NCBI GenBank assembly: GCA_951406725.2 | Contig: OX597823.1 | Coordinates: forward strand, 106,702,001-106,766,000 | Reading direction: 5' to 3' | Length of the DNA stretch: 64,000 bases | Source: Octopus vulgaris | Taxonomy: Eukaryota | Shown: piece by piece, positions 40,681-52,952 of the stretch | Layout: every line of letters starts with the position of its first letter | Position numbering within the stretch: the stretch's first letter is position 1 | Notes under the pieces: generated by a model | Databases searched by the model: none | What the model was told of the DNA's origin: nothing | What the model saw: only the letters and a program-made list of their open reading frames with translations | Translations under genes and position numbers: made by a program

Positions 40681-41243
40681 GCAGTACCAGGTAGTGGCTT
40701 CTGATCGTAACTGATTTTAAGTGTTATCATGTACATTGTTTTGTCTTGGTATGAAAGATGGGCTACAGCAAATATTCTGCTCAATACAACAGATTTGCTT
40801 ATCAGTTGTTTGACGTTAACTAGTTGAGCATGTCCCTTTTTTAATTCGACCTATTTTAGATATATTATGAATATATATGCTAGATTATTAGGTTATATTG
40901 GATAGATATAGCAGAAGTAGTGGGGGAGCATCATAGCCATGTGTTCAGAGGAATTCTTTGGGGTTTGAATAATTCACCTCTGGAAACATGGGTGCTTCGT
41001 TCAACATCCTTAAACAACCCTTTTGAGCGGAATGGGTTACTCGACCAGAAGACAATTCTAAGTGGGCCCCACCTGCAAGGTCATGTGCTGTTTATTTTGA
41101 TATGAGATCACCATGTCGCGCAAATATGGTTGTGATGCATGTACCTAGTGTACCCTTATCAGACGGGTAGTCATGATGGGTATACTGAGCTTCGTATATT
41201 TTACCCCAGTGTCACTTTGATGGCATGCACTGCTCTCTCACTC
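40681..41243 (+). mobile_element. Second tandem copy of the (AAT)n-embedded element
   Basis: Same 5' and 3' ends as 39745-40290; an unrelated AT-rich patch at about 40838-40910 replaces part of the body. Confidence 0.88.
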
Positions 41244-41590
41244 AATGATGATGATGCTGATGGTGATGATGATGAGGATGACGATAACAACAACAACAAC
41301 AACAATAATAATAATCATGATACCTAACAATCTAGACTTATTGCAAAAGTCGGCATTACTTGAAACTGCACGCATATCGTGTAAAGCACAGTCTGTCTGA
41401 GGTCCTTGTTGTGACTTGACAGACAGTACAAACCCCCGGTAGACACAATATCTTCAATCAACAACCTCACAATATTGAATACTGTTCGATGTCTTTGATA
41501 ATAATTTAACTGAATTTCACGTGACTTAATGTTTCGTAGGCTCACAGGACACAGGAGACGTCTATCAAATAAAATGCTCGGAAGGAGAGT

Positions 41591-41640
41591 CATCTGATGA
41601 GACGAATGGGTCCAATGAGCCCAAGAAACTTTAAGTCATG
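41591..41640 (+). ncRNA. Hammerhead motif with canonical core
   Basis: cat-CTGATGA-gacgaa-tgggtc-caat-gagccca-a-GAAA-ctttaagTC-atg; decayed inverted partial copy at about 41515-41548. Confidence 0.55.
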
Positions 41641-41853
41641 TGGAGGCAAACGAAAATATCACTGAATACATCTAACTCCAGCCAAATGTTTTAAATCCAA
41701 CTTTGTCTTGTTTTACTCACTTGTATGTATGTATATGTGCGAGTATATCTCTATATATGTGTTTGTGTGTGCGCGTGCGTGAATTACTCACTTGCATTTT
41801 TCCTGATGCACATTTTTCTCCAGTTTTCTCCCCTTCCCTGGTTATTTCCCTTC

Positions 41854-41888
41854 GTGTCCGACGAAGGTTTATATCCGAAACGTAACAT
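41854..41888 (+). ncRNA. Degenerate minimal hammerhead
   Basis: gtgt-CCGACGA-a-gg..cc-GAAA-cgTA-acat within a terminal-repeat-like context similar to 28545-28755. Confidence 0.55.
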
Positions 41889-42117
41889 TTTCATTCTATA
41901 ATTTCCGCTTTATAAATTTTCTTTCCTACTTTGGATGTCATGTCGTCAACCTAATAATATTAACTGTGAACTTCCCTTGGACTCGTGCTCTTATTGATTT
42001 TTGTTTTTGATTTGCTATCTTTCTCTCCCGCTTTCTCTCTCTCTCTATATATATATATATATACAAACATACACACACACACATATATACATGCATATAT
42101 ATATATATATATATATG

Positions 42118-42345
42118 TTAATGTTTGCTTTTATGTTCAGTTGTAATAAAAACAATTTTACGTGAACTGATGGCTTACTCTATACTTTTGTAAACTAAGA
42201 ATTTATTATTCGTGAACAAGAATATTACTAACAGTGACTTCGAAATTTAGGCCAGTTAAACCATCGTCAGGCTGCGCAATGATCGTTTAACTAGCCGAAA
42301 CTTCGAAGTCACTGTCAATAGTATTCTTGTTTAAGTTAAAAAATA
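42118..42345. mobile_element. Palindromic PLE-type element (arms 42215-42265 / 42281-42331) with hammerhead relics
   Basis: Composite of the two arms reads cagc-CTGACGA-t-ggtt-taact-agcc-GAAA-cttcgaagTC-actg; palindrome ACTTCGAAGT. Confidence 0.7.
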
Positions 42346-42621
42346 ACACACACACACACACACACATATATATTTTTTAACTGCTGGTAGGAACACCGTA
42401 TTTCGTTTTGCCACTATAATATACTGCCAAGTATATTAAAAGTTTATGTCAATGCCGTGTCCTACTTTTCTGCTAGCGGTGCTTTCATTTCCAAGCTAAC
42501 ACTACAGATTCTCTATAGAATTTAGAGCTCGCACTGAAAGTTATGATTTTGATATTCGAATATATCTATGTACATAATGTGATCGAAAATTTTTAAAAAA
42601 TAGATAAAATGGGTGTATATA

Positions 42622-43023
42622 TTCTTTTTTTACATGTTTCAGTCATTTGACTGCGGCCATGCTGGAGCACCACCTTTAGTCGAGCAAATCGTCCCCGGGA
42701 CTTATTCTTTGTAAGCCCAGTACTTATTCTATCGGTCTCTTTTGCCGAACCGCTAAATGATGGGGACATAAACACACCACCATCGGTTGTGAAGCAATAT
42801 TAGGGGGACAAACACAGACACACAAACACATACACATACATATATATATATACTTATATACGACAGGCTTCTATCAGTTTCCGTCTACCAAATCCACTCA
42901 CAAGGCATTGGTCGGCCCGGGGCTATAGCAGAAGACACTTGCCCAAGATGCCACGCAGTGGGACTGAACCCCGAACCATGTGGTTGGTTAGCAAGCTACT
43001 TGCAACACAGCCACTCCTGTGCC
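42622..43023 (-). mobile_element. SINE family A, full length
   Basis: Close reverse complement of 20277-20690. Confidence 0.92.
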
Positions 43024-43864
43024 TATATGCTTATGTTAGAAGATAATGTTCCTTCTACAGCTCCACATCCAGCTTATTAACTATCCACGAATACATGGCT
43101 TAAACAGCCACAAACCTTGGCTGTGTAACTCAATTCGGGAGACCAATTTGCATATCAAACACATTGATGGCAGCTGGTACATACGTATTAATTGCTAGAA
43201 GGGACACCGTATTTTGTTTTGTAGCCATAGTATACAACCAAGTATATGAAAGGTTTATAAGATCTAACACTTTTAACCCGTTGTCGCCAATGTAGGCCAC
43301 TTTTACTGGAAAACACACATTAATTTGCAAAATAGGAAAATAAAGAAATGAAATCGACTAGTTTTAATATATTTGAAATATGGTGCGAGGAAAACGTATT
43401 TTTTTAACGAATACAAAGAAATAAAAGCTACATAATATTGTAGCAGTATTATTCATTAGGTTTCTACACACATGTATATTTATCTGGAGTGAAACGATAA
43501 GGGAGAGCTCTCGACCGTTTCAATTACTAATTGAAATGGACGAGCTGTTCTCCAAATAAATGCATCAATTCTGTGTTCACTTTCCTGAAAATTGTCCCGC
43601 CTGGCCACCTCAATGTCAATAACCAGTAAACACACAAACACACATGCATACACACAAGTATACACATGTTTGTATTTTAACATACATATTGTTCAAAATG
43701 CCCGCTAATTGCATGTGCGATATGGTTAAAATATCACTGCAGTAAATACGGTGATGAAATGAATTTAAATTTATATAAATACGAATAAGATCATTAATTT
43801 AAATTAAAATAACGAACTTATCAAATAGCCAGCATGGAAATAATAGCCTATATATATATATAAA

Positions 43865-44108
43865 AAGACCCCCTTCGGTCATGAATGACCATGGGATTGC
43901 ACCTAGAAAGTTACCCTCCTAGATACAAGTCCGGGCAAGGTTGTTTATGGAAGACCAGCAGTCGCCCATGCATACCAGCCTCCCCTCTCCACGCCACCAG
44001 TGTTTTCCAAGGGAAAGACAAAGGTCGATACAGCTTGGCACCAGTGACGTCGCAACTCATTTCTACAGCTGAGTGAACTGGAGCAACGTGAAATAAAGCG
44101 CTTTGCTC
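43865..44108 (-). mobile_element. SINE family B 3' part, head missing
   Basis: Matches 1929-2162; ends where the palindrome at 44109 begins. Confidence 0.85.
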
Positions 44109-44628
44109 TGTTACATTACTCGATAGTCAAGATAAAACTCTGAGTTTCAGATGCCGGATTGGAAATCCACAACACCATCTCTTCGGTTATCTGGCTATTT
44201 GAAAACGCTATGAAAAAATACCGTTAAATAAAGGGAAATTACTGTGTTATAACTCTGCTTGCCTGCGTACTTATACATCGCTCGCATTTTTCGTCATAAA
44301 AATTATATAAAAATACATAAAAAATATATAAAAAATATATAAAAAATACATAGAAATTTTTAATTTTTATGACGAAAAATGCGAGCGATGTATAAGTACG
44401 CAGGCAAGCAGAGTTATAACACAGTAATTTCCCTTTATTTAACGGTATTTTTTCATAGCGTTTTCAAATAGCCAGATAACCGAAGAGATGGTGTTGTGGA
44501 TTTCCACTTCGGCATCTGAAACTCAGAGTTTTATCTTGACTATCGATTAATGTAACATATTATTGTATAGATAAATTTCCTCTATTTCCATAATATTGAG
44601 GTCTCTTTCTTTCTTTTGTTATCTTACC

Positions 44629-44632
<4 letters not shown>
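44109..44632. mobile_element. Palindromic PLE-type element (197-bp arms 44109-44305 / 44361-44557)
   Basis: Near-perfect inverted arms, A-rich 12-mer repeat spacer, right arm extends to (TA)n. Confidence 0.88.
44474..44536 (+). ncRNA. Variant hammerhead (CCGAAGA core); mirror copy on minus strand at about 44130-44192
   Basis: agataa-CCGAAGA-gatg...catc-t-GAAA-ctc-a-gagTT-ttatct. Confidence 0.7.
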
Positions 44633-44712
<80 letters not shown>

Positions 44713-44734
44713 TAGATATACATACACACACACG

Positions 44735-44766
<32 letters not shown>

Positions 44767-45379
44767 CACATATATATATATTACAATTTATATGTAACTA
44801 CACATACTGGATACAAAGTACAGATACACACTTTTAGACACATACACACACACAGAATTTAAACTTTTAAAAACCACGAGATTGGAATGTAGGTCAATAA
44901 GCTTGGTTCTGATTCCAAGAGAAACCTTTGTAAGGACCCATACCTCTTACCCCACCCGTTTTTTCCTTCCCACCCTACACACCTACCATATATTTCCATT
45001 TCCTTACTGACACCCCTGCTCCCGCCTCCAATCCCCAGTAACACACAACGGCGCCTCTGTCACTACGCCGACACATACATCACCTTCACCCGACATTACC
45101 TCCCCCCACCATCATCCATTGTCATGTTGGGTCCTCTTCCCACAAACGTCCACCACCACCATCCCCATCACTTTTTATATTACTCTTCCACCATTAACTT
45201 CCATTGTTATTCTCTTTCAAATTGACTGACCAGTGATTTTAGTAAAACTTCACGAAGCGCAGCATGTGTGTGTGGGTGTGTTTGTGTTTGTGTGTATGTG
45301 TGTGCATATACATTTGTACCTATGTAAGTATGCGTGCATGTTTGCATGTACGTACGTAGAACAATGCATGAAGGTAGGT

Positions 45380-45650
45380 ACGTATGTATGTATGTATGTA
45401 CATACGTACGTATGTATGTATGTACATACGTACGTATGTATGTATGTGTGTATGTATGCATGCATGTATGTATGTATGTATGTATGTATGTATGTATGTG
45501 TGTGTGTGTATGTATGCATGCATGTATGTATGTATGTATGTATATATGTATGTATGTATGTGTGTGTGTGTGTGTGTATGTATGCATGTATGTATGTATG
45601 TATGTATGTATGTATGTATGTATGTATGTATGCATGTATGTATGTGTGAA
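45380..45650. repeat. (TATG)n tract
   Basis: Direct reading. Confidence 0.95.
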
Positions 45651-46264
45651 TGAATTTTGGAATTAATTTAAGTATTTCCTATGCAGAATTCAAGCCCACC
45701 ACTAACGAAACAAGTACCTTTTGTTTGAGTCAGGACGGCTCTTGGAGTTGACGGACATGTGAAATATGGCATGCACTTGCATGAGGTTGCGCGCACGCAT
45801 GTATGTAAATCTTGGAATATAATTCTGATAGACATGGATGAAAATCCTGATAAGATTTTTTACACTCCAAACACACACATACAATACGCATGAGCACACA
45901 CACACACACATGCATAAGCATACTCATACATATAGGCATATTTTGCCAATTACCTGTGTGTGTGTGTTTGTGCATCCCGTGATTACATGGTCGTCAAGAC
46001 TATCGGATGTTGTTATACATCGTTGGTCCCAACACTCTTTAGCATCGTTTTAGATTTCGAATGATGCCATCCTGTAATATGATGACATTAATCTAATATC
46101 ACTTTATTGAGTGAGATATTAATGCAAAGGTATCTTACGTATATGAAGCTCCCCTGGGGTTCTTCCAGCAGAATCTATTGTCTGTAGTACCCTTTAAGGC
46201 ATGGGCCCACTTGCCAGTTGCTCAAAGAAACCTCCCCGGTTCTTGTGGATTTGATACTAAAATA

Positions 46265-46829
46265 TTGGGTTGCCCAGAAAGTTCGTGCCGATTTTTAAAA
46301 GAAAGAAAAAGGTCAATAAATACTTGCTTTACATTTTTAATCAACCAAATATGAACCATTTTGTTGCACAATGCGTCTCCATCTTTCCTTTAACTTGAAA
46401 ATACCCTCTTCCCAGAATTGAGGTGGTTTCACGGCAAAGAATTTATCAAGGTATCTTTTTACGTCATCCAAGAAATTTAAATTTTTATCATTAAGACTAT
46501 GCTGCAGAGACCTGAGTAAGTGGAAATCCGAAGGAGCAATATCTGGTGAATATGGAGGGTGGGGTAACACATCCCAGCCGAGCTGCAGTAATTTTTGTCT
46601 GGTTCCCAAAGCATCAAGTGCCGAAAATGAACTTTCTTATCTTCCATTTTAAAGGGTTACAGAATTAACACAGGTTATAGGAACATAAATCTTCTTCCAC
46701 GAAAAGATAGCTTAAACTGTGCTCTAAATGGAGGTGTAGTCAAATCCTATTTTATGGACTCAACCATGTTCTAAAAAAAGTCGAAAGGTAAACTACTATA
46801 AATCGGCACAAACTTTCCTGACAACCCAA
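46265..46829 (-). mobile_element. Internally deleted mariner (DD34D, mellifera-like)
   Basis: TIRs TA|ttgggttgcccagaaagttcgtgccgattt / aaatcggcacaaactttcctgacaacccaa|TA; N-terminus MEDKKVHFRHL fused to TRQKLLQLGWDVLPHPPYSPDIAPSDFHL..GIFKLKERW..NGSY. Confidence 0.93.
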
Positions 46830-47039
46830 TATCTATTCTCTGGTTGTGTATGCAGAGGTTTCAGTGCCTTGCTTTGTCCATGTGCCTATAATGGTGTTAT
46901 GACGGTGTGTGTGCGCGTGTGCGCGCGCATCTTTGCATGCACGTGTGTACACGTTTCTGCATGCGTTTCAACTTACATATAATATTATATATACGAATTT
47001 TCGTTTTTGCGTTTGGTTTGCAAGATTTTTTATTCGAAT

Positions 47040-48974
47040 TCGTGTGTTGAAGCATATTGTATTGTGTCTGTAGAGAGTCATTTTCTTTTAGTGCCTTACT
47101 ATTTAACACACACACCGGTTCGATTTCCACTCGTTTACTTATTTCTTCTAAAAGTTTCGTTGCGTCTTGCAACCTTTTCAATAGTCTTTGACTCTGTCCG
47201 TTATCAGAGCTGCGTTCTTTTTGTTTGCTTGCTTGTGAGCACGTGTGTGCGTCAGTGTGCATGTGTATGAAGTTGAACATACACACAAGAACAAACACAG
47301 ATACATACACACATATTAGCAGCTTTAAAGACATCTTTATATGTAGTAGATAAATGTGTATACATGCATAGACATGCATAGATATGCAAAAACATTGCTA
47401 TGTATACAGCAGTTTTAATCATTAACATTATGATGCGACACTTCAGAAGTACTAAAATGCATTAAGGGAATAAAAGAGAAGAGAAACTGTAGATTCAAGC
47501 AGTTTGATATTGCGGTCTTTTTTTCCTTTTGTATCCCAAACTCTGTTAATGAGAGCCCAAGATTTTGCAAAGTACTGAGTCGGGCATTAATGTGAATATG
47601 AAGAAAATCACTCCTATTTTTCCGTAACGACAAATGGATTAAGAAAAGCGGGGACGAATTATTCGACATATCCATGGGAACATATGATGGAACCTATGCG
47701 AGTGAAATTAGAGAGCTGTATATTCTAAATTTGCTGCGAATAAAATTTTCTGACATGGACTACGTTTATATCGTTGATGATGGCTTGATTCTACCGAGAT
47801 ATTGTTTACAGATTTAGTAAAGATTTGACCAAGGTATTTCGGGAAATAAGACTTAGCATTACTGTAAATACAAACCATATTGCTGCTAATTTTCTTGATG
47901 CAACATTAAGACTCAACAATAATAATTTCAGATCATACTACATGCCAAATAAGAAGTTAGTATACATACATAGACAATCGAATCACTTACCCTGTACAAT
48001 ATTAGCAAACGAGTATCTTCGTTATCTTCCGATGAAGATGCTTTTATGGGTGCAGCTGGGTAATACAATGAGAAGCTTAGCAATAGAGGGCTCTCTGATT
48101 TTAGATTAGATACATAAAAAAGGCACTGGGAATACACAGCGTAAGATTAGGAGAAGGAATAGCTTGGTACAACCTAGTATTTAAACTAGCAGTAAAAACT
48201 AGTTGTTAGAGAATTTCTAAATATATCACCATTTTTCGCCAGGACATAAGTATAGAAAAATATTGAATAGGAATTAATTCAGCATGTAAAACTTTTGAGT
48301 GTTATATGCAGGTCATAATGCTGCAAAGCAGAATAGAAAGGAGATGAAAACATCTAGCCAATGCAGATCATGCAACTGTAGCATTCGTGAGAACTGTACA
48401 AGACGGTAACTGTCTATATCGATAGTATATAGTGCAAAGTTTGAATTAAACAACAGTGATCAACTGGGAAGTGAGACTCACATTCAAAAACCGTTATTAC
48501 AAGCATAAACATTCATTTATCAGCCCTGACAAGAATTGTGTTACGGCTTTGTCGAAGTTTATATGGTTCTTGTTTATGACGTTTATAATAATATTGCCAC
48601 TAGAACTAATAATGAAATAAAATGTGTGAGCTTCAAGCAGCTGCTTTCGCACATGTCTACAAAGATTTTTTACAAAAGTAGAGAATGATAAAAGTTTTCT
48701 TCAAAATTTTATTTCATATTTACAACAAATATCCAGACTGTGGATATTCAAAAGACAACCACGCTCGGTTTACCCGCTAATAATAGGAAATTAGCATCGC
48801 CGAGTACAGGAAATCGGAGCCTTTCAGTTTCCAACCTTTTCAATAGTCGTTGAAAATGCTGCAATAGCAACGTAAATTTTAGATAAAATAAGTAAGTAAA
48901 TGAGGGGAAACTTTACCGGTGAGTGTGCTAAATAATAAGGCACTAAAAGAGAATGACTCTCCCCAGACACAACA

Positions 48975-48975
<1 letters not shown>
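47040..48975 (+). mobile_element. Decayed Penelope-like element (Naiad-like) flanked by inverted terminal repeats
   Basis: RT relic KSLLF..KWIKKSGDELFDISMGTYDG..DDGL, NFLDATL..YIHRQSNH, CNC..C..GNCL, RYYKHKHSF, TALSKFIW at about 47480-48570; about 47060-47190 is the reverse complement of about 48845-48975. Confidence 0.8.
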
Positions 48976-49049
<74 letters not shown>

Positions 49050-49050
<1 letters not shown>

Positions 49051-50073
49051 CTTTATATATATAAAACTGAGAATGTGTGTCTGTCTGTCTGTGTGTTTCT
49101 CTAAAACTTGAGAACTACACAACCAATTTCATTCAACTTTTACTCATGCCTTACTTAGGATCCATGTAGTTTCATGGGCAAAAAAATGTTCAACTTCTTG
49201 CCTAGAGCGAGCCCATAGCAATATCATATCTTCTCCACTATTTCAGTATTACGTGTTAAAAGGGAAACAAAAACGTTTCTCTATTTTATGTCAGATACTT
49301 TCACTTTAACAATAAAAATAATAATAACCATTGAATTATATTTAGTAAGTAATAATTAAAATCAAACTAAAGTATAATATAATCGTAACATGACAAAAGT
49401 AAAAATAGCAATTGGTATAAAATTGCATCAATGACTTGAACTTGAATAAGTGGTTTCACATGAATGGGAATAAATTAAAAATAAAATTAGCGTGCAGAAA
49501 TGGAATAGTCCAGATGGATAAAAAAAAATTAAATTAAAGAAAAGACTATTGTCTATAAAGTATACAATGTAGAGAAAAAAGATTTGAACACATGGAGGAA
49601 AGCACCTTCGAAAAGTGTCTTGGTGCGACTATGAAAGGAATCAGAGGCGGTAAATTCGACACAATAGAAGCAAGGTTCGAGTCAACGGAGCGTGCAAGGG
49701 AGTACTCGACTCGAACTTGCAAAGGGGAAATATTTTATTTTTACCTTTATATCTGGGACATAGGACGTCCCGGAAAAAAATTTTAAATGCCCCCCGCCCC
49801 CGAAGTAGAGGTAGGCTGGATTGTAGCCACACTTCTATACAAGAGGGAGGACAAGATACAATTGATCGAAATTACAAGAGACGGGCTAACAATTCCAGTC
49901 TGTTATATATTTTGAATATTGTTGTCACTAGCGATATCAAGATATAACTTTGTATTTTGTATTTTATGTGTAGATGTATATATATAGATGTACATGTAAT
50001 ATGTACACATATATATACACATATATACATGCACTAGCACTATGACCCGGCAATGACGGGTCTTTAATGCTAG
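49050..50073 (+). mobile_element. Non-autonomous Helitron (3' boundary uncertain: about 49896 or 50073)
   Basis: A|TCtttatatatataaaactg start with (ctgt)n, like the element at 19722-20236; hairpin gacccg-gcaatga-cgggtc followed by CTAG|T at 50070-50074. Confidence 0.7.
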
Positions 50074-50121
50074 TATATATATATATATATGTGTGTGTGT
50101 ATATATGTGTATATATGTATG

Positions 50122-50187
<66 letters not shown>

Positions 50188-50190
<3 letters not shown>

Positions 50191-50300
50191 GATCCGAAAA
50201 TATGAAGAACAAACACAAAAAAACAACAACGAAGAGACGTGGTACATGTAAAATATTACTAGACGCTGTTTTTCTAGTTTCGTATTTCGAGCATTTAACA
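50188..50300 (-). mobile_element. PLE terminal-repeat fragment
   Basis: Reverse complement resembles 28636-28755, including a gctcgaaa remnant. Confidence 0.6.
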
Positions 50301-51443
50301 ACTATATATACGCTTTCAATAAAACAGTTTCTCTCGCAAAGCAAATTAAATAAAATTTGGGATTTTACGGAGAAACAAAATTGGTAACACAAACAGGACA
50401 GTGAAGACAAACAGGAAGGGCTGACACATGCATATAAAGTCGATAAATCGACATGGCTATTAGAATCCATTATCTACTCAAGAGGAGTGAGAGACAAGCA
50501 TAATCAACACTGGATCTGAACCCAGAAGAGATAAAGGTATAACAACATACAATAAAGTCTTTTTCTCCGTTGCCCTAACGATTCGAACAATCTACCATAT
50601 TTGAGATGACACATATATGATATGTCTTAACATAAATAATATGTCTTAACGTATATATTATATGTGTTAGCTTTCAGAAATTGAGATGGGCTACACGCAA
50701 TCAATCAACTAATTTCTACACTATACAATCGCGAAACATTTTGTCAAGGCAAAATATTCCGTCTTGTTACTTTTACTGTTGCTGCTGGTGTTTTTGTTGT
50801 TGCTGTTGTTATTGTTGTTGTTGTTTTTTGACTTCATGATTGTTTTCATCCAGTAGACTTCTATTCAAAGAATTCCGAGACATAAACTGCTTGTACCGTA
50901 GCCATACATAGTATACCAAAGAATATATCAAACAGTGTATCTTTTTATATTTCATAGAAGGTAAAATATGATTTAGCTGTTATATTTGGTCGGCTGAGCA
51001 ACCACCGTATTGATTTGTGTTTCGTGTTGTCCTGACAACAAGTGTTCAGCCATTATTTACCTGTTGAAATACAAATGAATCTGTCTATTGAAATCTTATT
51101 AATTTTAAAGAAAGGACACCACTTTATAGTCAATTTGCTTTTCGTGTAATTTAAAATACGTTTTCAATATTTATTCCCCTGTGAGTGGTGGTTTAGAACT
51201 ATGTTTTAACCGAAAAATAAGCCTGCAAAATATACATACATACATATGTGTGTGTGTTTATGCATGTGTATGGGTATGTATGCATGTGTATGTGTGTATG
51301 GGTATGTATGTATATGTATATGCATTTATGTATATTTGCAGTTGAGGATGTAGGTATGTGCGTTAGTTTTTAGGTATCACATTGAAATTTATATGAATTT
51401 TATGTAGATGTATGTATTTGCATACATACATGCTTTGTATAAT

Positions 51444-51477
<34 letters not shown>

Positions 51478-51478
51478 T

Positions 51479-51522
<44 letters not shown>

Positions 51523-51810
51523 GTTGGGAGAGCGGATGAGAGACAGTGAGAGGTATGTGCCATGGTATGCAGATGTACATGTGTACATGTGTGCGTGTGT
51601 GTGTGCGTGCTACGCGCGTTGTAGTCATATATATGTACGTAAGTATGTAGGAGAGTGTATAGTTCGTTCATTATCTACTGATCTGGAAGTATAATATGTA
51701 AGCACCGAACTTATAAACAATCACAACAGCTACAACAAGCGAAAACAAAGAATAAATGTAAATGAATGAACGTATAAAGAAATAAATGAAACTCTGAAAA
51801 TCAAAAGCAC

Positions 51811-51811
<1 letters not shown>

Positions 51812-51884
<73 letters not shown>

Positions 51885-52112
51885 CTTTAAAAAAACATTT
51901 TTTAAATGAACGAACTATTGAGTTTGGTTTAATGGCCTACTAATGTATACTATGAGTTTCTTTGCCCTAGGAGTCGGGAAGACACTCGGCAAGAAATGGA
52001 AGCAAATTTGAAAGAAGAAAAAAAAGTAATAATAATAATAATAATGATGATCATGATGATGATGATGATGACAATAATAATAATAACAACAATAATAATA
52101 ATAATAATAATG

Positions 52113-52167
<55 letters not shown>

Positions 52168-52175
52168 TGATGATG

Positions 52176-52248
<73 letters not shown>

Positions 52249-52273
52249 TGATGATGATGATGATGATGATGAC

Positions 52274-52307
<34 letters not shown>

Positions 52308-52390
52308 GTAATAATACTGATAGTAATAGTAATAATAATAATATCAACAACAACGACGACGATGACGATGATGACAAGAACAAGAGCAAC
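51812..52390. repeat. (AAT/GAT)n tracts enclosing a 140-bp unique insert (51883-52026)
   Basis: Direct reading; the insert ends in an A-rich tail and may be a retroelement 3' end. Confidence 0.9.
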
Positions 52391-52639
52391 TGCAATATTA
52401 AACAGAAAATAATACGCTCAACAAATAAAAAGAAAATAACAAACAGTTTGAATAGCAAAAGCAGAGTGAAAATATGTACAAATGAGAGTTGTAAAAGACT
52501 TAATACTTTGCCTTACTTTGCTGTTTAGAGTTGCATATTGTTTCTGTGTAGACGCATCCATATGTGAATTTCGAAAATAAATAAAAGACTATCAAAAATG
52601 AATGAAATGGAACAGTGGAGAAATTACACACGCACACAC

Positions 52640-52952
<313 letters not shown>

